DNA of 64,000 nt from an uncultured Verrucomicrobiae bacterium (GTDB lineage: Bacteria > Verrucomicrobiota > Verrucomicrobiia > Chthoniobacterales > JAFAMB01): the NCBI GenBank assembly GCA_963837955.1, contig CAWIPH010000002.1, positions 2,752,001 through 2,816,000 on the forward strand, in the 5' to 3' direction. The position numbers and the translations under genes are program-made. Positions 41,442 through 50,926 of the stretch are shown piece after piece. Every line of letters begins with the position of its first letter. The first letter of the stretch is position 1. Below the pieces are notes generated by a model that saw only the letters and a list, made by a program, of their open reading frames with translations, was not told where the DNA came from and did not search any database.

Positions 41442-42008
41442 ATGAGCCGTTCACTCGATTTGCCGGCTGACCTGCCACGCCCTGTCGACGACGGGGCTTG
41501 CGCTCATCTGTCGGGTTTTCACATTCCTTCCACAGAACTTCCTGCAACGGACGACAGATTGATCGACCTAACTCGCTCACCTGGACGCACTGTCCTTTTT
41601 TGCTATCCGAGAACAGGGCGGCCAAATGAGCCAGTTCCGGACGGTTGGGATGCGATTCCGGGCGCTCGAGGCTGCACTCCTCAGGCTTGCAGCTTTCGCG
41701 ATTCCTATCAGTCGCTACTCCAAGCGGGTGCCAATCATATCTTTGGTCTGAGCACACAGGATACGTCTTACCAAAAAGAGGCGGCCGAACGACTCCATCT
41801 TCCCTACCCGCTTCTTTCGGACGCAACGCTGCGCTTCGCTCGAGCTCTCCGGTTGCCCACATTCAAATTTAGGGGAATGACGCTGGTGAAACGATCAACC
41901 CTGATCATCGACAGCGGCGTCATCACAAAAGTCTTTTATCCTGTATTTCCGCCCGACCAGAGCGCGAATGAAGCCTGGCAATGGCTGAAGGCGCACCCGC
42001 TAGTTTGA
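41442..42008 (+). CDS. Peroxiredoxin (BCP/PrxQ-like)
   Basis: YPRTG, PGARGCTPQAC, GLSTQ, LLSD, FYPVFPPD. Confidence 0.9.
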   Translation: MSRSLDLPADLPRPVDDGACAHLSGFHIPSTELPATDDRLIDLTRSPGRTVLFCYPRTGRPNEPVPDGWDAIPGARGCTPQACSFRDSYQSLLQAGANHIFGLSTQDTSYQKEAAERLHLPYPLLSDATLRFARALRLPTFKFRGMTLVKRSTLIIDSGVITKVFYPVFPPDQSANEAWQWLKAHPLV

Positions 42009-42051
42009 GTGTGAGCTTCTACTCACATTGCAACCAGATCACACCGCGCTA

Positions 42052-42474
42052 ATGGAAAGGGAACAATCGATCGTCGATTTCGAGCGTATCATTCCAAATA
42101 CTGCGCTCGAGCCGCTGGACGCACACGTCATCTCGGTAGATCAAGACTCGCTCACTCTGCGTATGCCAATCACCGATGCAGCCCGGCAGCCGTTCGGATT
42201 GCTGCATGGCGGAATCAGTTTGTTGTTGGCGGAGAGCGCGGCCAGCATGCACTCCTGTTGGGGCATCGACCTCAATTCCGTGTTTCCGGTCGGTATCGAA
42301 ATCAATGGATCGCACTTGCGATCCGCATCTAGTGGATTCGTGCGAGCGACGGCCTACTTGTTGCGACGCTCCAAGACATTGGCAGTCCACGAAGTGAAAA
42401 TCTTGCACGAAGAAACGAACGAATTGCTCTGCGTCTGCCGAGTTACCAATTACTATAAACGGCGTGCTTCCTGA
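42052..42474 (+). CDS. PaaI/MenI-like hotdog thioesterase
   Basis: QPFGLLHGG, AESAAS, VGIEINGSHLR. Confidence 0.9.
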   Translation: MEREQSIVDFERIIPNTALEPLDAHVISVDQDSLTLRMPITDAARQPFGLLHGGISLLLAESAASMHSCWGIDLNSVFPVGIEINGSHLRSASSGFVRATAYLLRRSKTLAVHEVKILHEETNELLCVCRVTNYYKRRAS

Positions 42475-42806
42475 CTAATCGTTGACCCCTTGAGGTTGAG
42501 GTCCGCTCGACGTTGTTCATCCCCTATCTCCTCTCCGGACGCCTGGTTTCTAACGGTTTGGTGTCCCATTGGGAGAGACAGGAAATAGGTTTCTCGATAC
42601 TGGGATTGTTTGGTTCCACGTTCGGGATCTAGTAACTCACGGCCATCTTTCGTGCCTAACCTAACGTTCTCTCTACGAGGCAGATCCGGATATTTGAAAA
42701 CCGTGGCACGAGCCCTGCATGATTGCCCAACTCGACTTACGCGGTTCATTCCGCGAGGGATCAAATAAGAATGTCCAACTAACTGCCACTGTATCGGAGT
42801 GTATTT

Positions 42807-43901
42807 ATGCTCAGCCACAAACCAACGCCCAACCCTATTAGTTTCTGGAGACGATTTTGCGCCGTCGGGATAGTACTCGGGTTCATCTTGCAGCCCTTGT
42901 TATCGACCGCCAACATGCCGAGAGGCTATTGGACTTATACCGTTACCGACCTAGGCGACTTTGGCGGTGGCACCAGCCAAGCCAATGCGATCAATTCCTC
43001 TGGTCAAGTCGTCGGTTGGGCCAATACCGCCAACGGCCACCCTCATGCCTTTCTTTTTAGCGGCGGACAAATCCGAGATCTAGGAACCCTTCCTGGTTTC
43101 ATTTCGAGCACCGCCCAAGGGATCAACGCCTCGGGGCAGATCGTTGGTTGGTCCGGTGAGCTCTACGGCAACTCTCACGCCTTCCTTTACTCCGGCAGCC
43201 AGCTGCAGGATCTCGGGGGCCTAGGCGGTACTTACAATCATGCGAACGCAATTAACGACCTTGGCGTCGTTGTTGGCACCTCAACCGATTCCAACGGCTT
43301 CGTCCACGGCGTTAGCGATTATGGCGGCCAACTACTGCAACTTCCTCTCTACAATGCCAACGGCGTCAACAAAATGGGCCAGATCGTCGGCTATGGCAGC
43401 CAGCCAAATAATGATTATAGGGACGCGTTTGCGTACAATCCCGTGCACGGCCTACCTGTGTATCTTGGCGGTCTCAGTGGTATCTATAACACTGCATTAA
43501 GTGAAAACAACTCGGGCCAGGCAGTAGGCTGGAGCTGGATGGGCGTAGACGCGAATAACACACCAATCAAGCACGCCTTTCTATACGACGGCTGGGGTAA
43601 CATGCGAGATTTGGGCACACTAGGAGGCGAAAGTGCCCTCGCCTATGCCATCAACGACTACGGCGTAGTCGTGGGCTTTTCCAATGTCGCCAGCGGCGAT
43701 CAACACGCCTTTGAGTATAGCGGCCGGCAAATGCTGGATCTGAACAACCTTACCTCTGATCCAAGTTGGACCTTACAATCCGCGAACGGCATCAATAGCT
43801 CCGGTCAAATTGTCGGCTACGGTATTCACAACGGTCAGGGTCCGCGCGCTTTTTTATTCACTCCCGTTTTCCACTACTTGCCTCCGGTTTTTGGAAGATA
43901 A
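42807..43901 (+). CDS. Secreted HAF-repeat protein
   Basis: Repeated DLGTLGG..A.AIN..GQ.VG.S....HAFLY units after an N-terminal hydrophobic segment. Confidence 0.9.
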   Translation: MLSHKPTPNPISFWRRFCAVGIVLGFILQPLLSTANMPRGYWTYTVTDLGDFGGGTSQANAINSSGQVVGWANTANGHPHAFLFSGGQIRDLGTLPGFISSTAQGINASGQIVGWSGELYGNSHAFLYSGSQLQDLGGLGGTYNHANAINDLGVVVGTSTDSNGFVHGVSDYGGQLLQLPLYNANGVNKMGQIVGYGSQPNNDYRDAFAYNPVHGLPVYLGGLSGIYNTALSENNSGQAVGWSWMGVDANNTPIKHAFLYDGWGNMRDLGTLGGESALAYAINDYGVVVGFSNVASGDQHAFEYSGRQMLDLNNLTSDPSWTLQSANGINSSGQIVGYGIHNGQGPRAFLFTPVFHYLPPVFGR

Positions 43902-43982
43902 AAAAGCGCAGAATACAGAACATAGTTTGGCGCACACGGGTCAGCCCTTATTGCGAACGACCCGAGCCTCTGGTTCGAAGCA

Positions 43983-44528
43983 TTAGTCCGCGTAGGCAGC
44001 AGCCCATTCTGGTAGATTTTTCTCGTAAGCTTGAACCGATGCCTCGGGCGGACCATTGTGCAGCGGAAAAAGCTCGATCGTCGCCGGCCCATGCGCTCCG
44101 CGTGACTTGATCACCACGCGGTCCCCATCTTTCGTGAAATCCCAAGCTTCGATAAAGCCTTTCGCGGATTGCAAATTCGCGATCACTTTGCCGCGGTCGC
44201 ACACGGCAACATGATCATTGATGTATAGCCCGTTGTAGTTAGCCAATGTTTTCCCGTCCGGGTTCAGCTTGTAGACTTCCCAACCGACGGCGCCCTTTGC
44301 TGAAACCTTTGGCTCGGCACAATTCCCTTTCAAAGTCCAGGTGTCCGTCGTTTGGTCAGCGTAGGTAACCATTACGTTGCCAATCTCATCTTCCGGACGC
44401 AAAGACTGATTGCGGACGACAGCAGCGTGCACTGGGAGTTTGAATTTTTCGGCTCCTTCATTTTGGCCGTAAAGAAGCGGAGCAGTCAGGAGCAAATAGA
44501 GCAAAGCGGTTTCTTTTCTTATCGGCAC
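43983..44528 (-). CDS. Hypothetical secreted protein
   Basis: Signal-peptide-like N terminus; KSRGAHGPATIELF...LPEWA C terminus. Confidence 0.65.
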   Translation of the reverse strand: MPIRKETALLYLLLTAPLLYGQNEGAEKFKLPVHAAVVRNQSLRPEDEIGNVMVTYADQTTDTWTLKGNCAEPKVSAKGAVGWEVYKLNPDGKTLANYNGLYINDHVAVCDRGKVIANLQSAKGFIEAWDFTKDGDRVVIKSRGAHGPATIELFPLHNGPPEASVQAYEKNLPEWAAAYAD

Positions 44529-44653
44529 GCCCCTCCGTTATAATGCATCACCACCTGATGTTACAAGGCCGGCATCAGATCCGAATCACGCGTCGACGGG
44601 CGCACCCAATCCTGTAGACTATACGCCTACCTGTCCGAGCGATGGATCCGTGA

Positions 44654-46090
44654 TCAATCGATTTTCCCCAAAGGTTCATTGTTCGATCCAAGTCTTTGAT
44701 CCCCCATAGACGGAATGAATCGGATCGCTAACAACGTACCGATTAGGCATACCACACCCGAGATTACCATCCCAGTCCGAAAGCCGCTAACGAAGCTGTG
44801 ACCGGTTGAAAGCAATGAACCCAAAACCGCAACTCCGGCGGCCGCGCCGGTCTGGCGGCCTGCGTTAAGGGTGGCCGAAGCCAAACCGACTTGCGATCTA
44901 TCGACCGAAGCTAGCACAATGGATGTTACCGGCGGAAGTATGAGAGGTACTCCAGCTCCAATACTCAGTAGCGGCAGCAAAATAACCGCGTAGCCGGCGT
45001 TCTCATTCGTCGCAAACGCGAGCCAGAAAAAACCGAACGTCGCGACGACGAATCCCGCAACCATCGGAAAACGCACTCCTCGTTCGGCCGCCAACCGTCC
45101 AGCGGCAATGTTCATCACCGTCAATAGGCCAGTCGCTGGTAGGAAGGCGAGGCCAGTTTGCATCGGTGTGTAGTGGCGAACCTGCTGGAAATAGAGGCTG
45201 AGCGTAAAGATCAATCCATAAAACGCAAAGCTTAGGAGGAAACCAAGTGAGGTCGCGACCGAGAAATGGACGGATCGGAAGAGCGTCAGCGGTAGCATCG
45301 GATCGGATTGTCGAGTCTCAATCGCAAAAAACAGGAGCGACAAGACGACGAACGCGACAATCAGACCTATGATCGTCAGCGAAAACCATCCCCAGTTTGT
45401 TCCTTCAATTAGAACCGTAGTCAATACGGCCAGAGCAAATAGGCTAGTTAGTTGCCCACCGAGGTCGATTTTTCGGCCACGCACTGGTTTTTCCTCTTGT
45501 ATATATCGGATCGTCAGGAGTAGAGCCACCAAACCGATCGGCAAGTTGACGAAGAAAATGCTTCGCCAACCGAACGTATCCACCAGAAGCCCACCGATCA
45601 GGGGTCCGGCAGCTACCGAGACTCCGCCGCTACCTGCCCACCAGCCGAAGGCCTTCGCCCGCTGAGCGGGATCATCGAATGCATGATTCAATAGCGTTAA
45701 CGAGCAAGGAATAATCAGTGCGGCGCCCACTCCCTGAACAACGCGGGCTGTGATCAGTCCTGCCAAGCTGGTGGCCGCACCACAGAAAACAGAGGATAGC
45801 GTGAACAAAACAAACCCGGCCGCAAACACCCGCTTGTTGCCATAGCGATCGCCCGCGGTGCCCGCACTCAGCAGGAAACTGGCAAACGCCAATGTGTAGG
45901 CATCAACAATCCATTGTAAATCACTGACCTTGCCGCCCAGCCCTTCCGAGATCCGGTGCAACGCTACATTTACAATCGAAACATCGAGCAACACCACGAC
46001 ACATCCCAGGCAGGTGATGAACGCGGTAAAATTTGGCCGGCCGCCTTCGAAACCTTTGGCGTTGACGACGCTTTCGCAAGAATCTGACAT
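44654..46090 (-). CDS. DHA2-family MFS drug:H+ antiporter
   Basis: LDVSIVNVAL, WIVDAYTL, GDRYG, WRSIFFVNLP; 14-TM pattern. Confidence 0.93.
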   Translation of the reverse strand: MSDSCESVVNAKGFEGGRPNFTAFITCLGCVVVLLDVSIVNVALHRISEGLGGKVSDLQWIVDAYTLAFASFLLSAGTAGDRYGNKRVFAAGFVLFTLSSVFCGAATSLAGLITARVVQGVGAALIIPCSLTLLNHAFDDPAQRAKAFGWWAGSGGVSVAAGPLIGGLLVDTFGWRSIFFVNLPIGLVALLLTIRYIQEEKPVRGRKIDLGGQLTSLFALAVLTTVLIEGTNWGWFSLTIIGLIVAFVVLSLLFFAIETRQSDPMLPLTLFRSVHFSVATSLGFLLSFAFYGLIFTLSLYFQQVRHYTPMQTGLAFLPATGLLTVMNIAAGRLAAERGVRFPMVAGFVVATFGFFWLAFATNENAGYAVILLPLLSIGAGVPLILPPVTSIVLASVDRSQVGLASATLNAGRQTGAAAGVAVLGSLLSTGHSFVSGFRTGMVISGVVCLIGTLLAIRFIPSMGDQRLGSNNEPLGKID

Positions 46091-46139
46091 TTACGGATGC
46101 TGGCTCGCTGCTTTTCGAAAAAGCGCAATCAGCGGATCA

Positions 46140-46586
46140 CTAGTCCAAATAATTGCCAATTTCCCTTCCCTCGTCAGCATCATATAAATCAAAAAAGGTT
46201 TGAATATCCGAGCGGTCTTTGAATCCGAGCTCACACTTCCAGCGATTTAATGAGGGAGCGGCTTTATCGCGCCAGCCGCGTTTTGCCATGAACGAATTCC
46301 AAATCATAACCTCCTCCTGAGTCGGGTGTTTTCCTGTTTCATAAGCCCATCGCAAAATCTCCTCGTCCGAATGGCCTAAACGTACTCGGTTCACAGCTTC
46401 CGCGTACTCGATTTGCAGGAATCGACAGCAATTGCCATCAAACCAAATCGGATTTTGATCCCCAAGATTGTAGCCTGCGGGAAGCTTATTTTGGTCGGAC
46501 AGACGAATCTTGTCGAGCATCCTGCCGAAATAAACCAGGCCACCCACTTTGGTGTATGCGCTTCGCAAACCGTCTACCACTGCCAT
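46140..46586 (-). CDS. DUF5069 domain protein
   Basis: LRSAY, GGLVYFGRMLDKIRL, FDGNCCRFL, TFFDLYDADE. Confidence 0.85.
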   Translation of the reverse strand: MAVVDGLRSAYTKVGGLVYFGRMLDKIRLSDQNKLPAGYNLGDQNPIWFDGNCCRFLQIEYAEAVNRVRLGHSDEEILRWAYETGKHPTQEEVMIWNSFMAKRGWRDKAAPSLNRWKCELGFKDRSDIQTFFDLYDADEGREIGNYLD

Positions 46587-46733
46587 GACAGTAGCGATTA
46601 CAAGAGCTCGCCAAGCCAAACTGTCAACAGGGAGGCATGACGTATTCCTATCCACTGATCCTGAGACTCAAGCCGTTAAACGACGTTCCTCAACCGCGAA
46701 TGGATACTAATGAGCGCATCAGCCTCTGCTTCC

Positions 46734-47384
46734 TCAGAAGATGCCGGACGCGCCAGCGAAGTTGGCTCCGTACGGAATTGTCTCTTCGCGCCGAAATGCA
46801 ATGTGCAAGCCCTTGCCAACCGGTACGGTTGCAGTGACAAAATCGGGTAGCTCCGCAATCGTCGCTATGTATGCTTCAACCTCTTGCGGATGAGACAAGA
46901 CGTTATCGGCCAGCAGCAAAACGTCGGGCTCCAATTTTGGTAACAGGATCTTCAATTGTTCCGGCGCGCTCACTCGGTCCGCATCAAAGAAAACACAATC
47001 GAAAGGTCCGGCTAGGTCATCGACCACCTCGGTCGCGGAACCTTGGATCACTTGCACCATGAAGCTAAGGTTAGCGTGCGCGATATTCCTGCGCGCGCCC
47101 GCCACCTTAAGCGGGTCCTGCTCGATCGTGGTCAAAGGAACGGCTCCGTCAATCGATTGCAGAGTAGCGCCTATGAGGATTGCACTGAAGCCGTTCGAAG
47201 TGCCGATCTCCAGTACACGCTTCCTTCCGCTGCTGAGAAGCAAAATATGAATAAGCTCGGCGGTGGTTCGTTCGAGGTTGAGCATCTTGTGCTTGCGCTC
47301 GGCCTGTGCGGGATCATGAGAAAGACCAAACCGCTCGACCTCGTCGAGGACGCGCATGACCGGTGGTTCAAAATTCAGGCTCAT
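46734..47384 (-). CDS. Class I SAM-dependent O-methyltransferase
   Basis: VLEIGTSNGFS, FFDAD, LADNV, VGKGL. Confidence 0.9.
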   Translation of the reverse strand: MSLNFEPPVMRVLDEVERFGLSHDPAQAERKHKMLNLERTTAELIHILLLSSGRKRVLEIGTSNGFSAILIGATLQSIDGAVPLTTIEQDPLKVAGARRNIAHANLSFMVQVIQGSATEVVDDLAGPFDCVFFDADRVSAPEQLKILLPKLEPDVLLLADNVLSHPQEVEAYIATIAELPDFVTATVPVGKGLHIAFRREETIPYGANFAGASGIF

Positions 47385-47451
47385 CTTTTTCAGTGAACAA
47401 ATGGGTATTTTCTCCAGTTTTGCAAACCGCGAATCGACACAACTAAGCAAC

Positions 47452-47669
47452 GATTGGTAGGGCGAAAGCCTGATCCCGTCTCAGCGGGATCGGCTTGAGC
47501 CATTTGTGTCTTACCCAAAGCGATCGTTTGTTCGCTTATCCTCATACCTGCCGATAAACCACAGAACACGACGCATCAGCGATCGTTCCGCACGCGGCTC
47601 AAACCCGGCGCGGCCATGCAATAAACATCACAACGTTTCCGGCGCGCCGAGGTTTTCGCCCTACCGGCA
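47452..47669. repeat. GTAGGGCGAAAGC REPIN/MITE, copy 3
   Basis: gattggtagggcgaaagcctga ... ttttcgccctaccg; interior homologous to the reverse complement of 31161-31329. Confidence 0.85.
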
Positions 47670-47711
47670 TCAAGCGTTGGCGCGGCTAACGGAACGGGTG
47701 TTAGTTATGGA

Positions 47712-48947
47712 ATGGACTCTCAGGAGGCCACCGCGGTAGATGTGCGCGCGGAGCCGCATTCGGAAGGGCCGGTGGGAGAAAGTCCGATGCATCCGGCGGC
47801 CGGCGAATGTATTCAAGGGTTTCAAATCGTTGGATTAGCCCCTGATCAAGGTGCGGAAAGTGATTTGTATCTGGTGCTGGATCCAGACCATCGGAAATGT
47901 GTTCTCAAGCTTTATCGACCTGGTGTGCAACCGGGCACAGCGGTCGATGAGAGACAGGTTCGGCATCCGCGCATCGTCTCTGCACTGTTAACCGGCTCTT
48001 GGAATGGACGCCCATACGAGATCGCACCTTATTTCGAGAGCGGCAGTTTGGCGCATCTGATCCAAAGGGATGGCCCACTCAAACCGTCAATCGCCAGATT
48101 GCTACTGCGGCAGTTGGTTGAGGCGTTGGGCGTGCTGCATCGCGCGGGCATTCAGCACCGCGATCTCAAACCATCCAACATTCTGATCAGAAGCGAAACT
48201 CCCCTTGAAATCGTGCTAACCGATTTCGGTTCGTCTGCGCTTGCCAACATGACGCTGCTGACCCAAGTGCGGACAACCCTCGCCTATGCAGCCCCGGAGA
48301 CTCTTACCGGCATGTACTCTCGGGCGAGCGATTATTGGTCCCTCGGCATCATCTTGATCGAAATGCTCACCGGGCAGAATCCGCTACGGTGGTTTGGCTC
48401 CTCCAAGATCGCGGGATACCAAATCGTTCAAGGCAAAATCCCGATCCCCGATAATTTGCCGGCCGAATGGCAACTCTTGCTGAAAGGCCTCTTGGAACGA
48501 GACCATTATAAGCGTTGGGACGAGAGTCGAATCGTGCGTTGGCTGACCGAGACAGATGAGGGTGCGGTGCGAACGAATTCCTATCGCCGGGTTATTCTCG
48601 CTGGAGCTGCGGCGGCAGTCATCGCGCTCGGGTGTTTGATCGGCACCGAAATCTGGCAGTCCGCGCATGTTAAGCATGTGCCTCCCGCTGCATCAGCATT
48701 GAGCAGTCTCAATCCTGCTCAACCTTCTGTATCTATCGAAAAACAGCTGCTCACCCAACCGCTCGACATCAAAACGAATCCCTGGTTCCGAATCGCACTC
48801 TCTGCATTTGCTTGGATCCTGGCGATCGGTCTGGTTCTGGCCGGCTTTGGCCATTGTATCGCCGGAACTCCGCACGGCCTCGGCTTCATCTGCGGCGGCG
48901 TTGCCCTCGCGGCCCTTGCTTTTTATCTTCCGCAGTTGTTGCAATGA
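47712..48947 (+). CDS. Hanks-type Ser/Thr kinase with C-terminal membrane segments
   Basis: VLKLY, HRDLKPSN, DFG, YAAPE, DYWSLG; three hydrophobic helices. Confidence 0.9.
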   Translation: MDSQEATAVDVRAEPHSEGPVGESPMHPAAGECIQGFQIVGLAPDQGAESDLYLVLDPDHRKCVLKLYRPGVQPGTAVDERQVRHPRIVSALLTGSWNGRPYEIAPYFESGSLAHLIQRDGPLKPSIARLLLRQLVEALGVLHRAGIQHRDLKPSNILIRSETPLEIVLTDFGSSALANMTLLTQVRTTLAYAAPETLTGMYSRASDYWSLGIILIEMLTGQNPLRWFGSSKIAGYQIVQGKIPIPDNLPAEWQLLLKGLLERDHYKRWDESRIVRWLTETDEGAVRTNSYRRVILAGAAAAVIALGCLIGTEIWQSAHVKHVPPAASALSSLNPAQPSVSIEKQLLTQPLDIKTNPWFRIALSAFAWILAIGLVLAGFGHCIAGTPHGLGFICGGVALAALAFYLPQLLQ

Positions 48948-48986
48948 TTAGACAGCTTCCCTGCGGCGCTCAGATTGTAGCTGTAT

Positions 48987-49046
48987 CACGCCAAGGCGGG
49001 ATCAAAAAACTCACGCTAAGACGCCAAGACGCAAAGCCTTCAAATT
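48987..49046 (+). repeat. Left arm of long-range inverted repeat, CTCAC-(GCAAAGAC)n type
   Basis: 50/60 identity by hand alignment to the reverse complement of 57796-57855. Confidence 0.85.
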
Positions 49047-49127
49047 CGAAGTAATAGAGTCTGAGACCAGTGCATACTTCACGTGCGAAGAGCATCCACC
49101 ACCTCTTGCGCTATTTTACAAGCTCCG

Positions 49128-49244
49128 CTAGCACTTCCATACGAATTCAAGCGAACGACCACTTTCCAGAGGACTCTTGAGACTACTCAAGACGCCGGCC
49201 ATCCTGCGCGTTGCGTCAGCCAGTGCCTTAAATACCTCGTCCAT
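49128..49244 (-). pseudogene. ArsR/SmtB regulator 5' fragment
   Basis: MDEVFKALADATRR then similarity is lost; upstream palindrome atgccac-N6-gttgcat (49261-49280). Confidence 0.7.
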
Positions 49245-49630
49245 TTCACAGCCGGGAATTATGCCACCATTTAGTTGCATGTTCAAGGCGCTTCTACCTA
49301 AACCAGTTTAGACCGGAGACAAAAGAGAAAGACCGAGCCCATCAATTTTAACAAAGCAGGGATCACCACACGACAGGCTGTTGCCCGATAGGGCGTATTT
49401 GATAGGGGGACGAGGCCTAATCAGGAGTTATGAATCTCGGTCTAGCAGAAATTACACCACAGCGATTACACCAGTGATAAATTCCAGCAATGTTGTTGAC
49501 GGCTTGGGATCGTTTTGATAGCAATTTTTCCCTCACGGAAAGCTACTGGCGGTTAAAGTCATAGTCGCTAATTTCTGGTTGCCTTATCGATTATTTCGCC
49601 GGGGCGTGCCGTCAGAACCAGGGCCCCCCC

Positions 49631-50605
49631 ATGAATCAAAAGATAACAATCGCAACGGCATCCACCGCTGAGTATTTTCATTTTGTTCAGGGAATGATTT
49701 TGTCCGTCAGGGAAAAACCTCAGAGTAGGGACCTTCACATTTCCTTGTACGATCTCGGTTTGACGACGGAGCAACTGGCTTGGATGAAGGATTACGTCAA
49801 TAATATCGTCAAACCGGAGTGGGAGTTTGGCCTTTCAGAGAAAGACGGGTTTCGCGAGCCGTTTAAGGCGATTCTGGCCAAACCACTATTGCGCAAGTAT
49901 TTCCCGGGCTACGACATTTACCTACACCTGGATGCGGACGCTTGGGTGCAGGACTGGTTCGCAATTGATACCTACCTCGCCGGCGCCCAGAAAGGGGCCC
50001 TCGCCATTACCCCGGAGATTCACCGCGCGTACAGCGCCAACTACACCGCCAGCAGGGAATTCCACAGCTTCATCGTGGAGCTCTATGCCGGAACTTGGGG
50101 CGAGGAATACGTGAAAAAATACTCCTACTACCCTATTCTGAATGCAGGCGTTTTCGCGATGCCTAAGGATTCCCCGATTTGGGGATTATGGGAGGAAAAC
50201 ATTCGATTCTCGCTGACCAAAGGCCGCCACCACTGCATCGAACAGGCCGCGTTGAACCTGGCGGTATTCGAACATCCCGATCAGTTTCATTACGACGCAC
50301 CAGATAAAAAAAACATCCATTTACTGTCGGCCAGTTGCAACTGGCTATGCCATCAATGCCTACCACTGTTTGACAAAGAACGGGACGCGTTTGTGGAACC
50401 TTACTTGCCGTACGCGAAGCTGGGCATCATTCATCGTTCATCGGACAATTTCAAAGGCCAGAAATCCGCACCCATCTACACCACGGATGGTGGGAATATC
50501 GTCTGTAATCTCAAGTACAAGGAAGGGACGTATGACACGATCGTCGAGTCCGTAGAACCCGAGAATTTGAGTGATTGGCAGGGACGAGGCGGGAAAAAAT
50601 TCTGA
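49631..50605 (+). CDS. GT-A fold (GT8-like) glycosyltransferase
   Basis: YLHLDAD DxD motif, LNAGVF, EQAALN, NW, IIH. Confidence 0.78.
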   Translation: MNQKITIATASTAEYFHFVQGMILSVREKPQSRDLHISLYDLGLTTEQLAWMKDYVNNIVKPEWEFGLSEKDGFREPFKAILAKPLLRKYFPGYDIYLHLDADAWVQDWFAIDTYLAGAQKGALAITPEIHRAYSANYTASREFHSFIVELYAGTWGEEYVKKYSYYPILNAGVFAMPKDSPIWGLWEENIRFSLTKGRHHCIEQAALNLAVFEHPDQFHYDAPDKKNIHLLSASCNWLCHQCLPLFDKERDAFVEPYLPYAKLGIIHRSSDNFKGQKSAPIYTTDGGNIVCNLKYKEGTYDTIVESVEPENLSDWQGRGGKKF

Positions 50606-50668
50606 GTTTTCCGCCGGTCCAGGGACTGCGGGCGGGCCGGTGCGCATCGGTTTTTCGATAGCCACAAC

Positions 50669-50926
50669 ATGGACGATTCCTCCACAATCAACAGCACCTG
50701 CACCCGCTGCAGGCCGGGTTCGCAGGTCCCCAAAAAGCTGGAAGGTTGGCTGGAATCGGGTTGGGTTGTTGGGACTGGAAGCGAACGTCACTGGGAGCGG
50801 CCGGTGAGGAGGTTGAGCATCCAATTCTGGGACCCCAAACCATGGAACCTGCTCACGAAATGGCCGGTCTATGCCTCCGAGTGCAAGAAGGCGGTCAAAG
50901 CGCCTCAACACTGCCTCTTCGAATGA
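50669..50926 (+). CDS. Small Cys/Trp-rich protein, zinc-ribbon-like
   Basis: CTRC...LESGWV...VYASEC; stop overlaps the MFS start (ATGA). Confidence 0.5.
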   Translation: MDDSSTINSTCTRCRPGSQVPKKLEGWLESGWVVGTGSERHWERPVRRLSIQFWDPKPWNLLTKWPVYASECKKAVKAPQHCLFE

